DNA from: the human T2T-CHM13v2.0 reference genome, Homo sapiens
DNA: 64,000 nucleotides
Assembly: GCF_009914755.1 (NCBI RefSeq)
Contig: NC_060948.1
Strand: one strand, 5' to 3'
Shown here in pieces: positions 42,541 to 59,213 of this stretch. The translations under genes and the position numbers were made by a program. Position 1 is the first letter of the stretch, and every line of letters starts with the position of its first letter. Below the pieces are notes generated by a model. It was not told the origin of the DNA. It made no database searches and worked only from the letters and a program-made list of their open reading frames with translations.

Positions 42541-43075
42541 GTGTTGCCTTATTTTTAAACTCTAAATCAGTCCAAGTGGAGTGTAAGACCCCACACTACT
42601 CACTGCACTCCCCACACACCCTTGTAATAGCTTCTCTTCAAGATGCAGTCTTAATTTGTACCCCAAGCAGGTGACTAAGCCAGTTTCATTCACCTCTGGT
42701 TGAGCTCACCTGGAAATGATAGGATAACTTTTTTCTCACATTCTAAGCACACCCAGCTGACCCAGGATGCAACAGTAATTACACAGATGGGTTCTCTGTA
42801 CCAGACAGCTCCTTTCATTGAAAAAAATATTACCATTCATGCATTTTCACCCACCAGCTAAACCTCACATGAGGGTCTAAGAGAGAACACCAGAATGTCA
42901 AAAATCATTGACTTCTAAGTTATTAAGTTTCCAAAAATGCTACTGTGGGTGCCATCAATTTGATTCAATTTGCTATTTAAGACACACACACACACACACA
43001 CATCACTGTAACAGAAGGAAGAGAGGATCCTTTTTAAATAAATGAAATCAAGAATTGCTTTTCAAAAATAAGTGT

Positions 43076-43368
43076 GGGCTGGGTGCGGTGGCTCATGTCT
43101 GTAATCTCAGCACTTTGGGAGACCGAAGCAGGCAGATCACTTGGGGTCAGGAGTTAAGAGACCAGCCTGGCCAACATGGTGAAACCCCATTTCTACAAAA
43201 AATACAAAATCAGCAGGGTGTGGTAGCGTGTGCCTGTAATCCCAGCTACTTGGGAGGCTGAGGCAGAAGAATCTCTTGAACCCGAGGGTGCAGTAAGCCG
43301 ATATCGCACCATTGAAGACCAGCCTGGGGGACAGAGCGAGGTTCCATCCAAAAAACAAACAAACAAAA
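43076..43368 (+). mobile_element. Alu
   Basis: Dimeric Alu. Confidence 0.9.
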
Positions 43369-43681
43369 GTAAAGAAAAGGGGGGGGAAAAAAAAAGAAAA
43401 GCAAAGGGGAGGGGAGAAAGGGAAAGAGTGGTAAAGCTATCCGTGTTGGCTTGTTGGAATTTTTCCAAAACTAGGAACCCATCCTTCTACAAAGACTGAG
43501 AGACAGATGTGTCATCTCCTTCAATTATTACATTTTAAAGGGATGGCTCTCAAGTCTTCCAAAAGGCATTCCTAGGTTGTAAAACTAGAAAGAAGCTAGA
43601 AGATTTGCATCACAAATAGGTATAGAAAGAACTCACAATTCCAAGTTTTCTAACATAAATCCTCTATGAAAAAGGAGGCCT

Positions 43682-44410
43682 GATGAATGGAACTGTAGCT
43701 CATTATGTAAGAGAAATAAGGCAAGTACAGAAGAAAAATATTGCATGTTCTCACTCACATGTGGGAGCATAAAAACGGGACCTCATGGAGATAGAGAGTG
43801 GACTGGTGGCTACCAGAGGCTGGGAAAGGGAGCAGAGAAGGGAGATAAAAATAGTTTGATTAATGAGTACAAATATGTAAGGGTTTTGTTTGTCTGATTT
43901 TTGTTCTTTGGAGACAGGATTCTGCTCTGTTGCTCTGACAGAAGTGCAGTGGTGTGATCATAGCTCACAGTAACCTGAAACTCCTGGGCTCAAGTGATCC
44001 TCCCACCTCAGCCTGCCTAGTAGCTGGGACTACAGCTGAGTGCCACCATGCCAGGCTGATTTTTGTATTTTTTGTAGAGACAGGGTCTCACTAGGTTGCC
44101 CAGTCTGGTCTCAAACTTCGAGGCTCAAGCAATCCTCCCACCTTGGAAATATACAGTTTGATAAAAGAAATAAGACTTAGTGTTCAATAGAACAGCAGTG
44201 TGACTGTAGTTTACAATAATCTATTATACATTTCAAAATAGCTAGAAGAAAATAAATGTTTCTAGCATAAAGAAAAGGCAAACATTTAAGTTTATGAATA
44301 TCCTGATCACACTGATGTGATCTTTACAAATTATATGAATGTATTTAACAAACACATGTACCCCCAACATGTGTGCATCTATAATGTATCAATAAAAAAA
44401 AATTAAAAAG
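43682..44410 (+). mobile_element. L1M 3' fragment containing a minus-strand Alu (43885-44146)
   Basis: gcatgttctcactcacatgtgggagc...tatcaataaaaaaa. Confidence 0.8.
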
Positions 44411-44518
44411 ATAAGGAGGTCAGGAGGAAAACTGTGTTAATAATCAACCTGAGGGAAACATGCAGGCTGTCTTAGTCAATCAATTCACCCTTTTCCTCTT
44501 AATGTGCTAATTATCAAT

Positions 44519-44879
44519 TGATATGGTCTGGCTTTGTGTCCCCACCCAAATCTCACCTTGAATTGTAATAATCCCTACGTGTGGTGGAAGTGACCTGGTG
44601 GGAGGTAACTGAATCATTGGGGTGGGTTTTTCCTGTGCTGTCCTTGTTGATAGTGAATGTATATCATGAGATCTCATGGTTTTACAATAGGCAGTTCCCC
44701 TGCACACACTCTTTTGTCCACCACCAAGTAAGATATAACTTTGTCCCTGATTTGCCTTGTGCCATGATTGTGAGGTCTCCCTAGCCACGTGGAACTGTGG
44801 GTCCATTAAAACTCTTTCCTTTGTAAATTACCCAGTTTCAGGTATGTCTTTATTAGGAGTGTGAGAATAGACTAGTACA
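44519..44879 (+). mobile_element. THE1 (MaLR) solo LTR
   Basis: tgatatggtctggctttgtgtccccacccaaatctc ... gactagtaca; 5-bp TSD tcaat on both sides. Confidence 0.95.
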
Positions 44880-44937
44880 TCAATAATCCCCATATGAGGA
44901 CATTTTATTTCTTTGGAAATGTCTGCTCCTACCTCGA

Positions 44938-45242
44938 TTTTTTATTTTTATTTTTTTGATTTTTATTTGTGAGACAAGGTCTCACTTTGTCACCCAGACT
45001 GGAGCACGATCTCGCTCACTGCAGCCTTGACTTCCGAGGCTCCAGAGATCCTCCCACATCAACCTCCCAAGTAGCTGGGACTACAGGCAGGCACCAGCAT
45101 ACCTGTTTAATTTTTGTATATTTTGTAGAGACGGGTTTTGCCACTTTGCCCAGGACGGTCTCAAATTCCTGAGCTCAAGTGACCCACCTAGCGCAGCCTC
45201 TCAAACTGCTGGGACAACAGGAGTGAGCCACTGTGCCCAGCT
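44938..45242 (-). mobile_element. Alu (AluJ-like)
   Basis: Reverse-complement Alu. Confidence 0.88.
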
Positions 45243-45471
45243 GTCTTGGTATTTTTAACCTTAAAAACAACCAAGTACATCCTTGGTATGGTCTCATCCC
45301 CCTTGCTGTAAGCATATTAAAATGCTGTTATTACATGCATTCAAGTAATCACATGGTGCTAACACCAATTTTTTTGCCTGCAGAATTAATTCAGGAGTTT
45401 ATCTGAAATTCTCAATATAAATACCTAATATGCAAAACTCGCCAGACAAGAAACCATATGCAGCCATAATC

Positions 45472-46109
<638 letters not shown>

Positions 46110-46964
46110 ATGTACATATTTTTCTATCAACCATTTATCCATCAATCTATCCATCTGTCCATCTATTTCTCTTACGTATATAAATACATATATAATCTCT
46201 ATGTCTTATATCGGTAACACGTATTTTTTCTTTAAATTTATACAACTACATTAATTAAATCCCACCTAATAAAAATTGTATTCTAAAACCTGGTGTAGTA
46301 GGAAGCTGAATAACCTGACCCTAGACCAAGGTACACATTGTGTGGCTGAAAATCACTTGGCTTCGTTAGACTTCATCTTTCTCCTACATACGACTAGGTA
46401 GCCAGCCTAAAAAATCTCAAAGGTGGCTTACAACCTTTGAATGCATTGGTTCCATGGAAGCAGGAGGTTTAAGCTCTGCCTGCAGGAGATTTTTGTAGAC
46501 TTCAGACAATCGGGGCAACATCAAAGTCAAGCACTCCCTGGTATAGTGTCTAACAGGGACCATGTAATTAGGGCATGTTTTATGTGAGACTGTGTTCAAG
46601 AGATGTACACATGAGAAAAAGGTGTTTTTTTCACAGCAGAGATAACATAATTGAGCTGTTTGGTATAGCGACTCAAAGCCACTGAAAGTTCTAATCAAAT
46701 GATTCCTCTGGCTTTCACTTTTTTAATGTATTTCACTGTTACTGCCTCTGGCAACTACCATTACAAGGGAGGAAACTTTGTTCCATGAAGAGGCTACTCC
46801 ATTTCATGAGCTCAAGTCAGATCAAAATAACAAGCTCTCCTACAATTCCAGTGTGTTTCCTGACCATTCCCATTCCCCTCTATGCTTGTCCAAAAATAGA
46901 CTGTCTTTCAAGTTATCACTTTCATTCACAGCCAATATGAAGGCCTCATAGAAAAACACTGATT

Positions 46965-48225
<1,261 letters not shown>

Positions 48226-48509
48226 AAACACTGACTTCCATGGTCACTATTTGTCTGTGAAATCAATCCTCACAAACCAGTACTCACATGTTTTTTTGTT
48301 TATCAGATGAACTCTGTCACCCATACAACTCAGCTTGCAACCACCCCTGGCCACAACCAGTTTCCCCACACTGAGGTGAATGTTGGACATTACTATTTTA
48401 GACATTACCACCTATTCTGAAATTCCACATCAATTTATCTGAGAAACTCTGATGTTCTAGGGCAATTTAACTGGAAAAGATCAGCTGGAGTCATGCATCA
48501 TTTCTTTGC

Positions 48510-48849
<340 letters not shown>

Positions 48850-49069
48850 TAGTATCAAATTATTTATAAGGGTTGTATACTGGTTTCTCCAAGCATCTCT
48901 CCTTCACAACATCATTCCTTTCAAGAGCTGCTTCTTTTTTTCTAATTTAGCTCAGGAATTTAGAAGTTCCAACATAACGGGGCATCCAGTATTCACCCAC
49001 ACCACTTTTTGCAGGAATCCATATGGAGCCACTACCACCATCCCTGCAAACCTACTGCATAACCCAACA

Positions 49070-49490
49070 GGCCAAAGTGCAGTGCTCACACCTGTAATCC
49101 GAGTGCTTTGCAAGGCCATAGAGGAAGATCACTTGAGGTTAGAAGCCTGAGACCAGCTTGGGCAACATAGTGAGACCTCATTTCTACAAAAAAGTGTAAA
49201 ACAAAAGGGGACATGGTGGTGCATACCTGTAGTCCTAGCTATTCAGCAGGCTGAGGTAAGAAGATCACTTGAGTCCAGGAGATTTGAGGCTGAAGTGAGC
49301 TAGATTACGCCACTGCGCTCTAGTCTGGGCAGCAGAGAGAGACTCCATCTCTAAAAAGACAGATAAGAAGAAGGAGAAAGTGTAGGAGGAAAAAGAAACG
49401 AGAGGAGGGAAAGGGGGAGGAGGAGGAGGAATAAGATGAGGAAGAGGTGGAAGAGTAGAAGGGGGAGGAGAAGGAGGAGGAGGAGAATAC
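49070..49490 (+). mobile_element. Alu (AluJ-like) followed by a GA-rich tract
   Basis: Dimeric Alu; (GGA)n-like tail. Confidence 0.88.
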
Positions 49491-49764
49491 TGCTTCTTCC
49501 TAGACCCAAAGTAAAAAGGATTTTAGTCTCATGTTGATGAGAAAGACACTGATATTTAATTAAGCAATATAAAAAGGATTGTTTTAGAACAGAGAATTAA
49601 AGAGAAAGTAAAATTAACATTGAGATAGGAGGACTGAAGACATCAACTGACTTCCAATCCCAATGAAGAGGAGAAAAAGATACAACTATATAGGTGGTAT
49701 ATCTACTTATCACAGAAGAAGCCTTTTGACAGCAAAATAGAATTCATACCTCTTAGGTTTTAAA

Positions 49765-49941
49765 TTCCTATGGATGCTGTAGCAAATAACCATAATTGGG
49801 GTGGCTTAAAGTAACAGGTGTTTATTCTTTTCCAGTACTGGAAACAAGGAATCTGAGATCAAGGTGAGGGCTGGGCTGAGCTCCCCCTGGAAGCTCTAGG
49901 GGAGGATCTTTCCCGCCTCTTCCAGCTCTTGGTGGCTCCAG
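49765..49941 (-). mobile_element. MLT1 LTR fragment, abutting an Alu 3' fragment (49942-50010)
   Basis: gagatcaaggtg...ctctaggggaggatctttcccgcctcttccagctcttggtggc. Confidence 0.8.
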
Positions 49942-50068
49942 TCATGATTGCCCACTGCATTCCAAACTGGGAAACAGAGCAAGACCGCATCTCAAAAAAT
50001 AATAGTAAATAAATAATTGTATACACACGAGAAAAAGAGAGAGAGAGGAGGGAGGCAGAGAGAGACAG

Positions 50069-50686
50069 TGTGTGTCAAACTTTGAGGCAAGGAAACTAAC
50101 CCCACTCCTTGACTGCAGATTCAACCCACATTCAGAAAACAAGGTTAGAATTACCATAGGGGCTTGAACTTTGCTAAACAATAGGCATAAGTAATCAATG
50201 ACCTGCCATCACTTAGCGTGTTTTCCTGTAAGTTGCTCACTGCACCAGAGTCATGTAACCAGGGATCACTAAAAGTATAATTTCCTGAACCACTCCTATA
50301 GATAACATTACTATTGTAAAACCCAAGAATGGTCTTTGAAACATTTTTCAGATCTAGCATTTTGACAGACCAAGAGATGCTACCTGGTCCTGAGATATCC
50401 TCTCCTGGGTCGGGCACAAAGAAAGTTTTAGACACTCCTTCGATTTCATCCCCAGCCAACCAATTGTTGCAAGTGTTGCAGTTCCCTAGCCTTCTGACCA
50501 CCAAAGTACCTTCAAAAACCACAGTTTCCAACTTTTCAGGGAGACGGATTTGATAAATCTCTCCTATTCCCCTCACTTAGCTGCCCCTGCAATTATTAAC
50601 CTCCTTCTTTGCTGCAACATCCGCTGTTAGCAGTGTGTTGGGTTTTCAGGGAGCAGCAGACAAGAAGAAACCCTCAGGCTGTAACA
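50069..50686 (+). mobile_element. ERV1 (LTR8/MER4-group-like) LTR
   Basis: ctcctatagataacattactattgtaaaacccaaga...; ends gcagcagacaagaagaaaccctcaggctgtaaca. Confidence 0.65.
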
Positions 50687-50892
50687 CTCTCCTGCACGCC
50701 TTTCCATGGAATCATAAATGTCCTTTCTCTCCTACCATATTCTTTAAATATTTATGTCACAACATTTGGTTTAAGAAATCATCAGTGTTTCCATTATAAT
50801 GATGATTTCAATGATATTCAAAGATCAACCAGTGACTACAATGATTATGTCTTCTTCTTTTTTTTTTCTTTTTCCTAGAGTTAGTAATTCCC

Positions 50893-51436
50893 TTTTTTTT
50901 TTTTTTTTTGAAACAAAATCTCACCCTTGCAATGGTGCAATCTCGGCTCACTGCAACCTCCACCTCTCAGGTTCAAGCAATTGTCCTGCTGCAGCCTCCT
51001 GAGCAGCTGGGAGTACAGGTGCCTACCACCATGCCCAGTTAATTTTTTTTTTTTTTTTGTATTTTTAGTAGAGACGGGGTTTCACCGTGTTGGCTAGCCT
51101 GGTCTCGAACTTCGGACTTCAGGTGATCCGTCTGCCTCAGCCTCTCAAATTACTGAGATTACAGGCATGAGCCATCACACCTGGTCTTCTTCTGTATCAC
51201 TTAAAAAGAAAACAGTCATAATCCACTAAGCTGATTTCATGACCAATTAAGAGATAACAAGAGCTGGGATTACAGGTGTGAGCCACCACAATCATCCTAG
51301 TTTTTGTATCTTGAATACAGATGGAGATTCATCAGGTTGGCTAGGCTGGTGACCTCAAACTCCTGACCTTAAGTGATCCTCCTGCCTTGGACTCCCAAAG
51401 TGCCAGGATTACAGGAATGAGCCACTAAACCCAGCC
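50893..51436 (-). mobile_element. Alu (50893-51185) and Alu fragment (51261-51436)
   Basis: Reverse-complement Alu motifs. Confidence 0.85.
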
Positions 51437-51614
51437 TGTGTCTGGTCAGAAAGGTCTTAAAAACACCACCTTAGTACAGACACTCTACATAAACTTTCAT
51501 ATGTAAGATGTAATTTAGAAAAAATGTCCATAATGGATTTATGATGAAAGCAAAATTGTGGACATGTTGATAAACACAATGTTTCTTTGTTCTTTGTTTT
51601 CTTTGTGTATGTAA

Positions 51615-51845
<231 letters not shown>

Positions 51846-51848
51846 TAG

Positions 51849-52034
<186 letters not shown>

Positions 52035-52064
52035 TAAAAAAAAAAAAAAAATCATTAAAAGTAG

Positions 52065-52190
<126 letters not shown>

Positions 52191-52771
52191 TAAAAGCAGG
52201 CACTCTGACTTAAGGTGCTGTTCCTGAGGCCCAAAAGTGTTTGTCAGACTTGTGCAAAGTCATGTATGGAAGTTGGAGACGGGCTCATCATTTTAAACTT
52301 AATCCAGGCCATGGCCAGGTGGACCCCGAGATGAGTCCACTCTGAGGCTGCAGCTCAGGCTGCCTGTGCCCCATACTTCCCACAGATGCAGGGTCACTGC
52401 ACCCTTCCAAAGCTGACAGTGCAGCCCATGCTCATAGCCTTTCTGCCTTCCCTTCCCGCCCTGTCCTGGGAGTTCACCCAAGCCCTCTGTGGCCCCCACC
52501 CAAGGCGTGTTTCTTGGTCTGCTCCTCCCATGCCCATTCTGGCTTCCCTGTACCATGCGGGGCAAACAATAGGTGCTCACTGGGGAGTGAAGGAAATGCC
52601 CATCACTTAGTGGCTGCTGAGGGGCTGAGAACTGAAACTTTGTTTAGGTTTTCTTCTGTATTTTCCATCAGTGCCTTTGGTTTAAACTTTTTAGTAAAAT
52701 CTTTATTTTCATGAAGGTTGAAAGATCATCTAGCAAAACCTTTTTTCCCAGCTATATATAAGGTATTTTAA

Positions 52772-53255
<484 letters not shown>

Positions 53256-53335
53256 GTCCATTAATGAAGAAGGATGTTTTTTACTAATGACATTTTACTA
53301 GCCAACGTCGTTTTAGCCTTTTCCCATTAAGTGAA

Positions 53336-54045
53336 TTTTTTTTTTCTCTATTGCCTAGGCTAGAGTGCAGTGGTGCTATCTTGGGGCTCACTGAAGCCTC
53401 CAACTCCTGGGTTCAAGTGATTCTCCTGCCTCAGCCTCCTGAGTAGCTGGTACTATAGGTACCTGCCACCATGCCCAGCTAATAATTTTTGTATTTTTAG
53501 TAGAGATAGGGTTTCACCATGTTGGCCAGGATGGTCTAGATCTGTTGACCTCATGATCTACCCATCTGGGTCTCCCAAAGTGCTGAGATTACAGGGGTGA
53601 GCTACAGAGTCCAGCCATTTTTTTTTCTTAGTGCAATAAATGATCCTCCAGAAAACTAAAAAATGAAGATAAGCTAAAAGAAAATGGAAAGAACCATAAT
53701 CCTCCCACTCACTGATGATCACAGTTAATATCTCAGGTGTCATTTTTTTTCTTTATTTTTATTTTGAGACAGAGTTTCATTCTGTCTCCCAGGTGGAGTG
53801 CAGTGGTGCAATCACAGCTCACCGCAGTCTTGACTTCCTCGTTCCAAATAATCCTCTCACATAAGTCTCCTGAGTAGTTCAGAATATAGGCGTGTGCCAC
53901 CATGCCCAGCCAACTTTAATTTTTTGTAGGGATGGGGTCTCACTATGTCATCTGGTCTGGTCTTCAACTCTTGGGCTCAAGTTACCCTCCCTTCTCAGCT
54001 TCCCACAGTGTTGGAATTATAGGCATGAACCACCATGTCCAGCCC
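53336..54045 (-). mobile_element. Two Alus (53336-53615, 53743-54045)
   Basis: Reverse-complement Alus. Confidence 0.9.
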
Positions 54046-54195
54046 TGTTTTCTTCTTTATGTGGGTTTCTGGGGATAGGTTACATAGGGGCTATTCATTA
54101 TTGTTTGTGGTTTTTCTGACACAATTCTCATTTAAACATCATTGTTATTATCAAATTGGCTTTAGCTACATTGGATTTTTTGGGGTGATTTTTTT

Positions 54196-54227
<32 letters not shown>

Positions 54228-54261
54228 GAAACAGTCTTGCTCTGTCGCCCAGGCTGGAGTA

Positions 54262-55295
54262 CAGTAAGCCCTTGAACAACATAGGTTGGAACTGTGTAGG
54301 TCCTCTTACATATGAATTTTCTTCAATAAATATATTAGAAAACTTTTTGGGAATTTGTTGACAATTTGAAAAAACCTGAAGATGAACCACATAGCCTAGA
54401 AATATTTTTTTGAATATTTAAAGGTTGGTGTAACATGAGAGCATAAAATATATGTAGAAGTCATCTGTCACTACTATAAAATATACATAGATCTATAAAC
54501 TTATACATAAATATATAAATACATATATCATAAAATTATAAAAAGCTAAAAGTAAAATAAACACACACACACAGACAGTACATGCCATCTTCTGCAGTCC
54601 AGAGAAATGCAAACAATCATGAAGATGACATATTAATTCCTAACTGTATCAAACTAATTGTAGTACGTTCTGTGCTACTGGAATAATGGCATAGCCATCT
54701 CCTGTTGTGAGATGCAAGGGTCCACTGAAAATGCCATGTGGAACTAATGATCTCTGTGTGAGCAGTTCTCCGCTCCAAGACACTGTGAAGCACAGTAACA
54801 AGTGCTTGCTTATGGTGCTCACATATTTTGCATTGTGTTTAGTGCAATACCATGATGTGAACATTGAATAACACCATGCGACCCATAAGAAGTGCCTCTG
54901 ATGATGCTGGAAATGCTCCCAAGAAGTACACAAAAGTCATGATGTTAGAAGAAAAAGCTAAATGCTTAGTATGTGTGGTAGATTGAAGTCTGCAGCTTGT
55001 AGCTGCCCATGATTTCAGACAGACAATTCACCTTGTAAACAGATGATTTCCACTTGTGCTATCAATAAATACAGTATAAGCATATTATATCTAATGTATG
55101 ATTTTCTTAATAATCTTTTCATAAGCTAACTTTAAGGATACAGTATGTAATATATATGACACATAAAATATGTGTTAATCAAATGTCTGTTATCAGTAAG
55201 GCTTGCAGTAAGTAGTAGGCTATTAATAATTAATTCTGTAGGAAGTTAAAAGTTTATATAAAGATGTCTGACTGCATGCGGGATGTTGCCCTTGA
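54262..55295 (+). mobile_element. Tigger2/Tigger2b-like DNA transposon
   Basis: Left TIR cagtaagcccttgaacaac; 3' part parallels the 8340-8747 element. Confidence 0.8.
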
Positions 55296-57160
55296 TTGCT
55301 ATTTTGTACAATATAAAGGGTGGGTGAGGGAAACAAGTCTATTCAACGACAAAAAGGTCTTTTCAAGGACAAGACCAGTTGAAAGCTATGAAATTACTAT
55401 TCTTAGAAGGACTGATCCTTTATTGTAATTATCAGCAAAATGAGGGAATAGAGGTAATAGTCTTCATTTATTAGTTGGATACTGAATAAATTTGGATTAG
55501 ACAGAATCTGTTGTCCCTGTAAAGAAAGATGAACTGGTGAAGGAAAGACAGTTGGATCAGAAATTAAAGGACAGTGGAAAAGTTTGAAAGCACTGCCATC
55601 AGTAAGAAGAACCACAGTTGATTATACCTTATAACAAGGATTACAGGGAACACTGAGAACCAAGCTGAAACTGGTAACCATCAATTCAATTAGTATTTCC
55701 CATCCCTGACCTGCATTCTGAGGGATGTAGAATAATTCATTTTCCACACTTACTTTTTTAAAATTTCAGCAATCATATGTTTCTTAGAGTTATGTTACAC
55801 CTGACTTTTTTCATAGCTTCTGTTTTTATTTAGGTTGCTAGTAACATCCTCTCAGATTTCTTTAAATATATTAGGTATGTGAATTTATTCTGTCCTGTTC
55901 CTGAACACCTCAGTCTCGCCTGCTCTGGCTCAGCTTTTACATTTGTGTTGGTCATTGTCTTTACTGTTGATTCTACACATGCATTCCAATGATCCTTTCA
56001 GAAAAGGGGCAGCATAGCTGAAGGGTTTCCTCATGTTTTCTGCACAGAACTCTTGTCTGCCATATTTTTCTTAAGAAGGGCTGGAGAGTGGTATGTCATG
56101 GTCTATCGCTTAAAAAAAACAAACTCACACCAAGACCAATGGAGCAGAACAGAGCCCTCAGAAATAATGCCACACATCTACAACCATCTGATCTTTGACA
56201 AACCTGACAAAAATAAGCAATAGGGAAATGACTCTCTATTTAATAAATGGTGTTGGGGAAACTGGCTAGCCATATGTAGAATGCTGAACCTGGATCCCTT
56301 CCTTACACTTTATACAAAAATTTAATCAAGATGGATTAAAGACTTAAATATAAGACCTAAAACCATAAAAACCCTAGAAAAAAACCTAGGCAATACCATT
56401 CAGGACATTTGTATGGGCAAAGACTTCATGACTAAAACACCAAAAGCAATGGCAACAAAAGCCAAAATAAATAAATGGGATCTGATTAAACTAAAGAGCT
56501 TCTTCACAGCAAAAGAAACTGATTATCAGAGTGAGTAGGCAACCTACAGAATGGAAGAAAATTTTTGTAATCTATCCATCTGACAAAGGGCTAATATCCA
56601 GAATCCACAAAGAACTTAAACAGATTTACAAGGAAAAAACAACCCCATCAGAAAGTGGGCGAAAGATATGAACAGACACTTCACAAAAGAAGATATTTAT
56701 GTGGCCAACAAACATATGAAAAAAAGCTCATCATCACTGGTCATTAGAGAAATGAAATCAAAACCATAATGAGATACCATCTTATGCCAGTTAGAATGGC
56801 GATCATGAAAAAGAGAACAACAGATGCTGGACATGATGTGGAGAAATAGGAATGCTTTTACACTGTTGGTGGGAGTGTGAATTAGTTCAATCATTGTGGA
56901 AGACAGTGTGACGATTCCTCAAGGATCCACAACTAGAAATACCATTTGACCCAGCAATCCCATTACTGGGTATATACCCAAAGGAATATAAATCATTCTA
57001 CTATAAAGACACGTGCACATGTATATTTATTGCAGCACTGTTCACAATAGCAAAGACTTGGAACCAACCCAAATGCCCATCAATGATATACTGGATAAAG
57101 TAAATTTGGGACATATGCAACACAGAATTCTTTTTTTTTTTTTTCTTTCAGCCATTTCTT

Positions 57161-57166
57161 TTTATT
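57161..57166 (-). terminator. Polyadenylation signal AATAAA of the retrocopy
   Basis: tttatt on plus strand, ~16 nt from the poly(T) tract. Confidence 0.85.
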
Positions 57167-57793
57167 TACAGTTTGTGTTCAATGCAAATCAATTCCATAA
57201 GAAGTTACTATGAATCAAAGCGTAAATACACAAACACAATATACAATCCAAAATAGATGTACAGCATTCTGGAATAAAGCAAAAGAGTGTTCATTCACAC
57301 ACACAGTAGCTTCAAAACGGTTCGATCTGTTTGTTCTCATGTAGTTTTGTAAAGATGGAAAAAAAGGACTTTGGTCATCAAGACTACTGTGGCCATATTA
57401 GATTACTGGAACATCTAAGCATCAGTGTGTGACCATGCGAACAAAAGACTTCGGGGAGTGTCTATTTTTAAAAAGGTTTCTGTGTTTCGAGGCAGTTGTA
57501 AAAGATTTACTGCAGAATCAAGCCCACTTTTAGGCTTAGGACCAGGTTCTAACTATCTAAAAATATTGACTGATAACAAAAAGTATTCCAAATGTGGCTA
57601 TTCTGATCCATAGTTGTTTTTTAAAGAAAAAAAAGTATATACAGAAAGAGTATAAAAGTTTGTGAATTTAATGCAAATTAGCTTCCAGTCTTCACTTCCC
57701 AAATACTTGATTTGTAGTTTTGACTCCTTTACATTTTTGCCTTCTTAATTTCAAGATTTGCAATTTTGCCTTCAAAACAGATCTTTTTTTTTA

Positions 57794-58160
<367 letters not shown>

Positions 58161-58970
58161 TCAATGCAATTCTACTCTTTGGAATCCGTTTAGCTAAATG
58201 AATGTAGTGCTCTTGTTGAATGGAAATAGGTGATAGGAAATGCCTACCATTTGACTCAATATGGATAATCAAGAGTTGCTCAGGCTGCTTGGATCTGGGG
58301 GTAGATTCTCATTCATCATTGCCCTGGCACATGTCAATTACTACATAAAAGGTCAAACGCAATGTCAAATCCAAAGCCTCAGGAGGAAAGTGAGTTCAGT
58401 TCCCAAGAGAACAGCAATAGCTCAACAATGTAAAACTTCATCTAGAGTATATCGGCATTAAATAAGTGCTGCCGAAACAATACGTTGAGGAATTACAGTA
58501 ACACCTGGAAGTTCCTTCTCATGTACATATAAATAGAATCATGGAAGCTTTTTATATTACCTGTTTTATGGCCTTATAGAATTAATGAACCAAATGAAAA
58601 CTGAATCTCCATTCCACAATCACATCCTTTATTTCTATTCTTATTTTCAAGGTAGTATTAAGTGTCCATATTTCTCAAGCCACATTCAAGGAAATCATGT
58701 CTTAACTATTTTGGATGTTGCCTCTCCTTCATCTTGTACATGAAACTCCAGCAGATTTAATATTGGCATCCATCATCTAGTCAAACCTCTCACATGTTCT
58801 TCAAATCAATCAAATTTGGGATTCTCAACATTTTCTGTGTCAATAAAAGGTGTGGAATTAGTAGATTCGATGAAGACCTGTTTTTCCTTGCCACATTGGA
58901 CTTCCAGACGCCATTTGGATTGGGTTTAGAAGATGGGGAAGTTTAGAAGACGTTTCTTGGCCTGAGTCTC

Positions 58971-59213
58971 TTAAGAGTAGAGATGCAGAAGAGAGAGTGA
59001 GACCACGAAGAGACTGGCTGTTGACTGCAGGGCACCACCAGCCGCCTTGGTGGTGGCATTAGTTGGATTTGGGGCCAACCCAGTGTTGGAAGTACTCTGG
59101 GAGGAGTTACTTGAAGTTCCAGTTGTTGTTTCACTGGAATAAATCTGCGTGGGTAGGAGCAGTGCCAGCAGCAGCAGCCCCAGCCCAAGCCTGGCCACCA
59201 TTGCTCTGCCCAT
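58971..59213 (-). CDS. CD24: Intact 80-aa CD24 precursor ORF within the retrocopy (signal peptide, Ser/Thr-rich mature peptide, GPI signal); expression unproven
   Basis: [80 protein letters not shown]; Kozak gacATGG. Confidence 0.85.
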   Translation of the reverse strand: MGRAMVARLGLGLLLLALLLPTQIYSSETTTGTSSNSSQSTSNTGLAPNPTNATTKAAGGALQSTASLFVVSLSLLHLYS

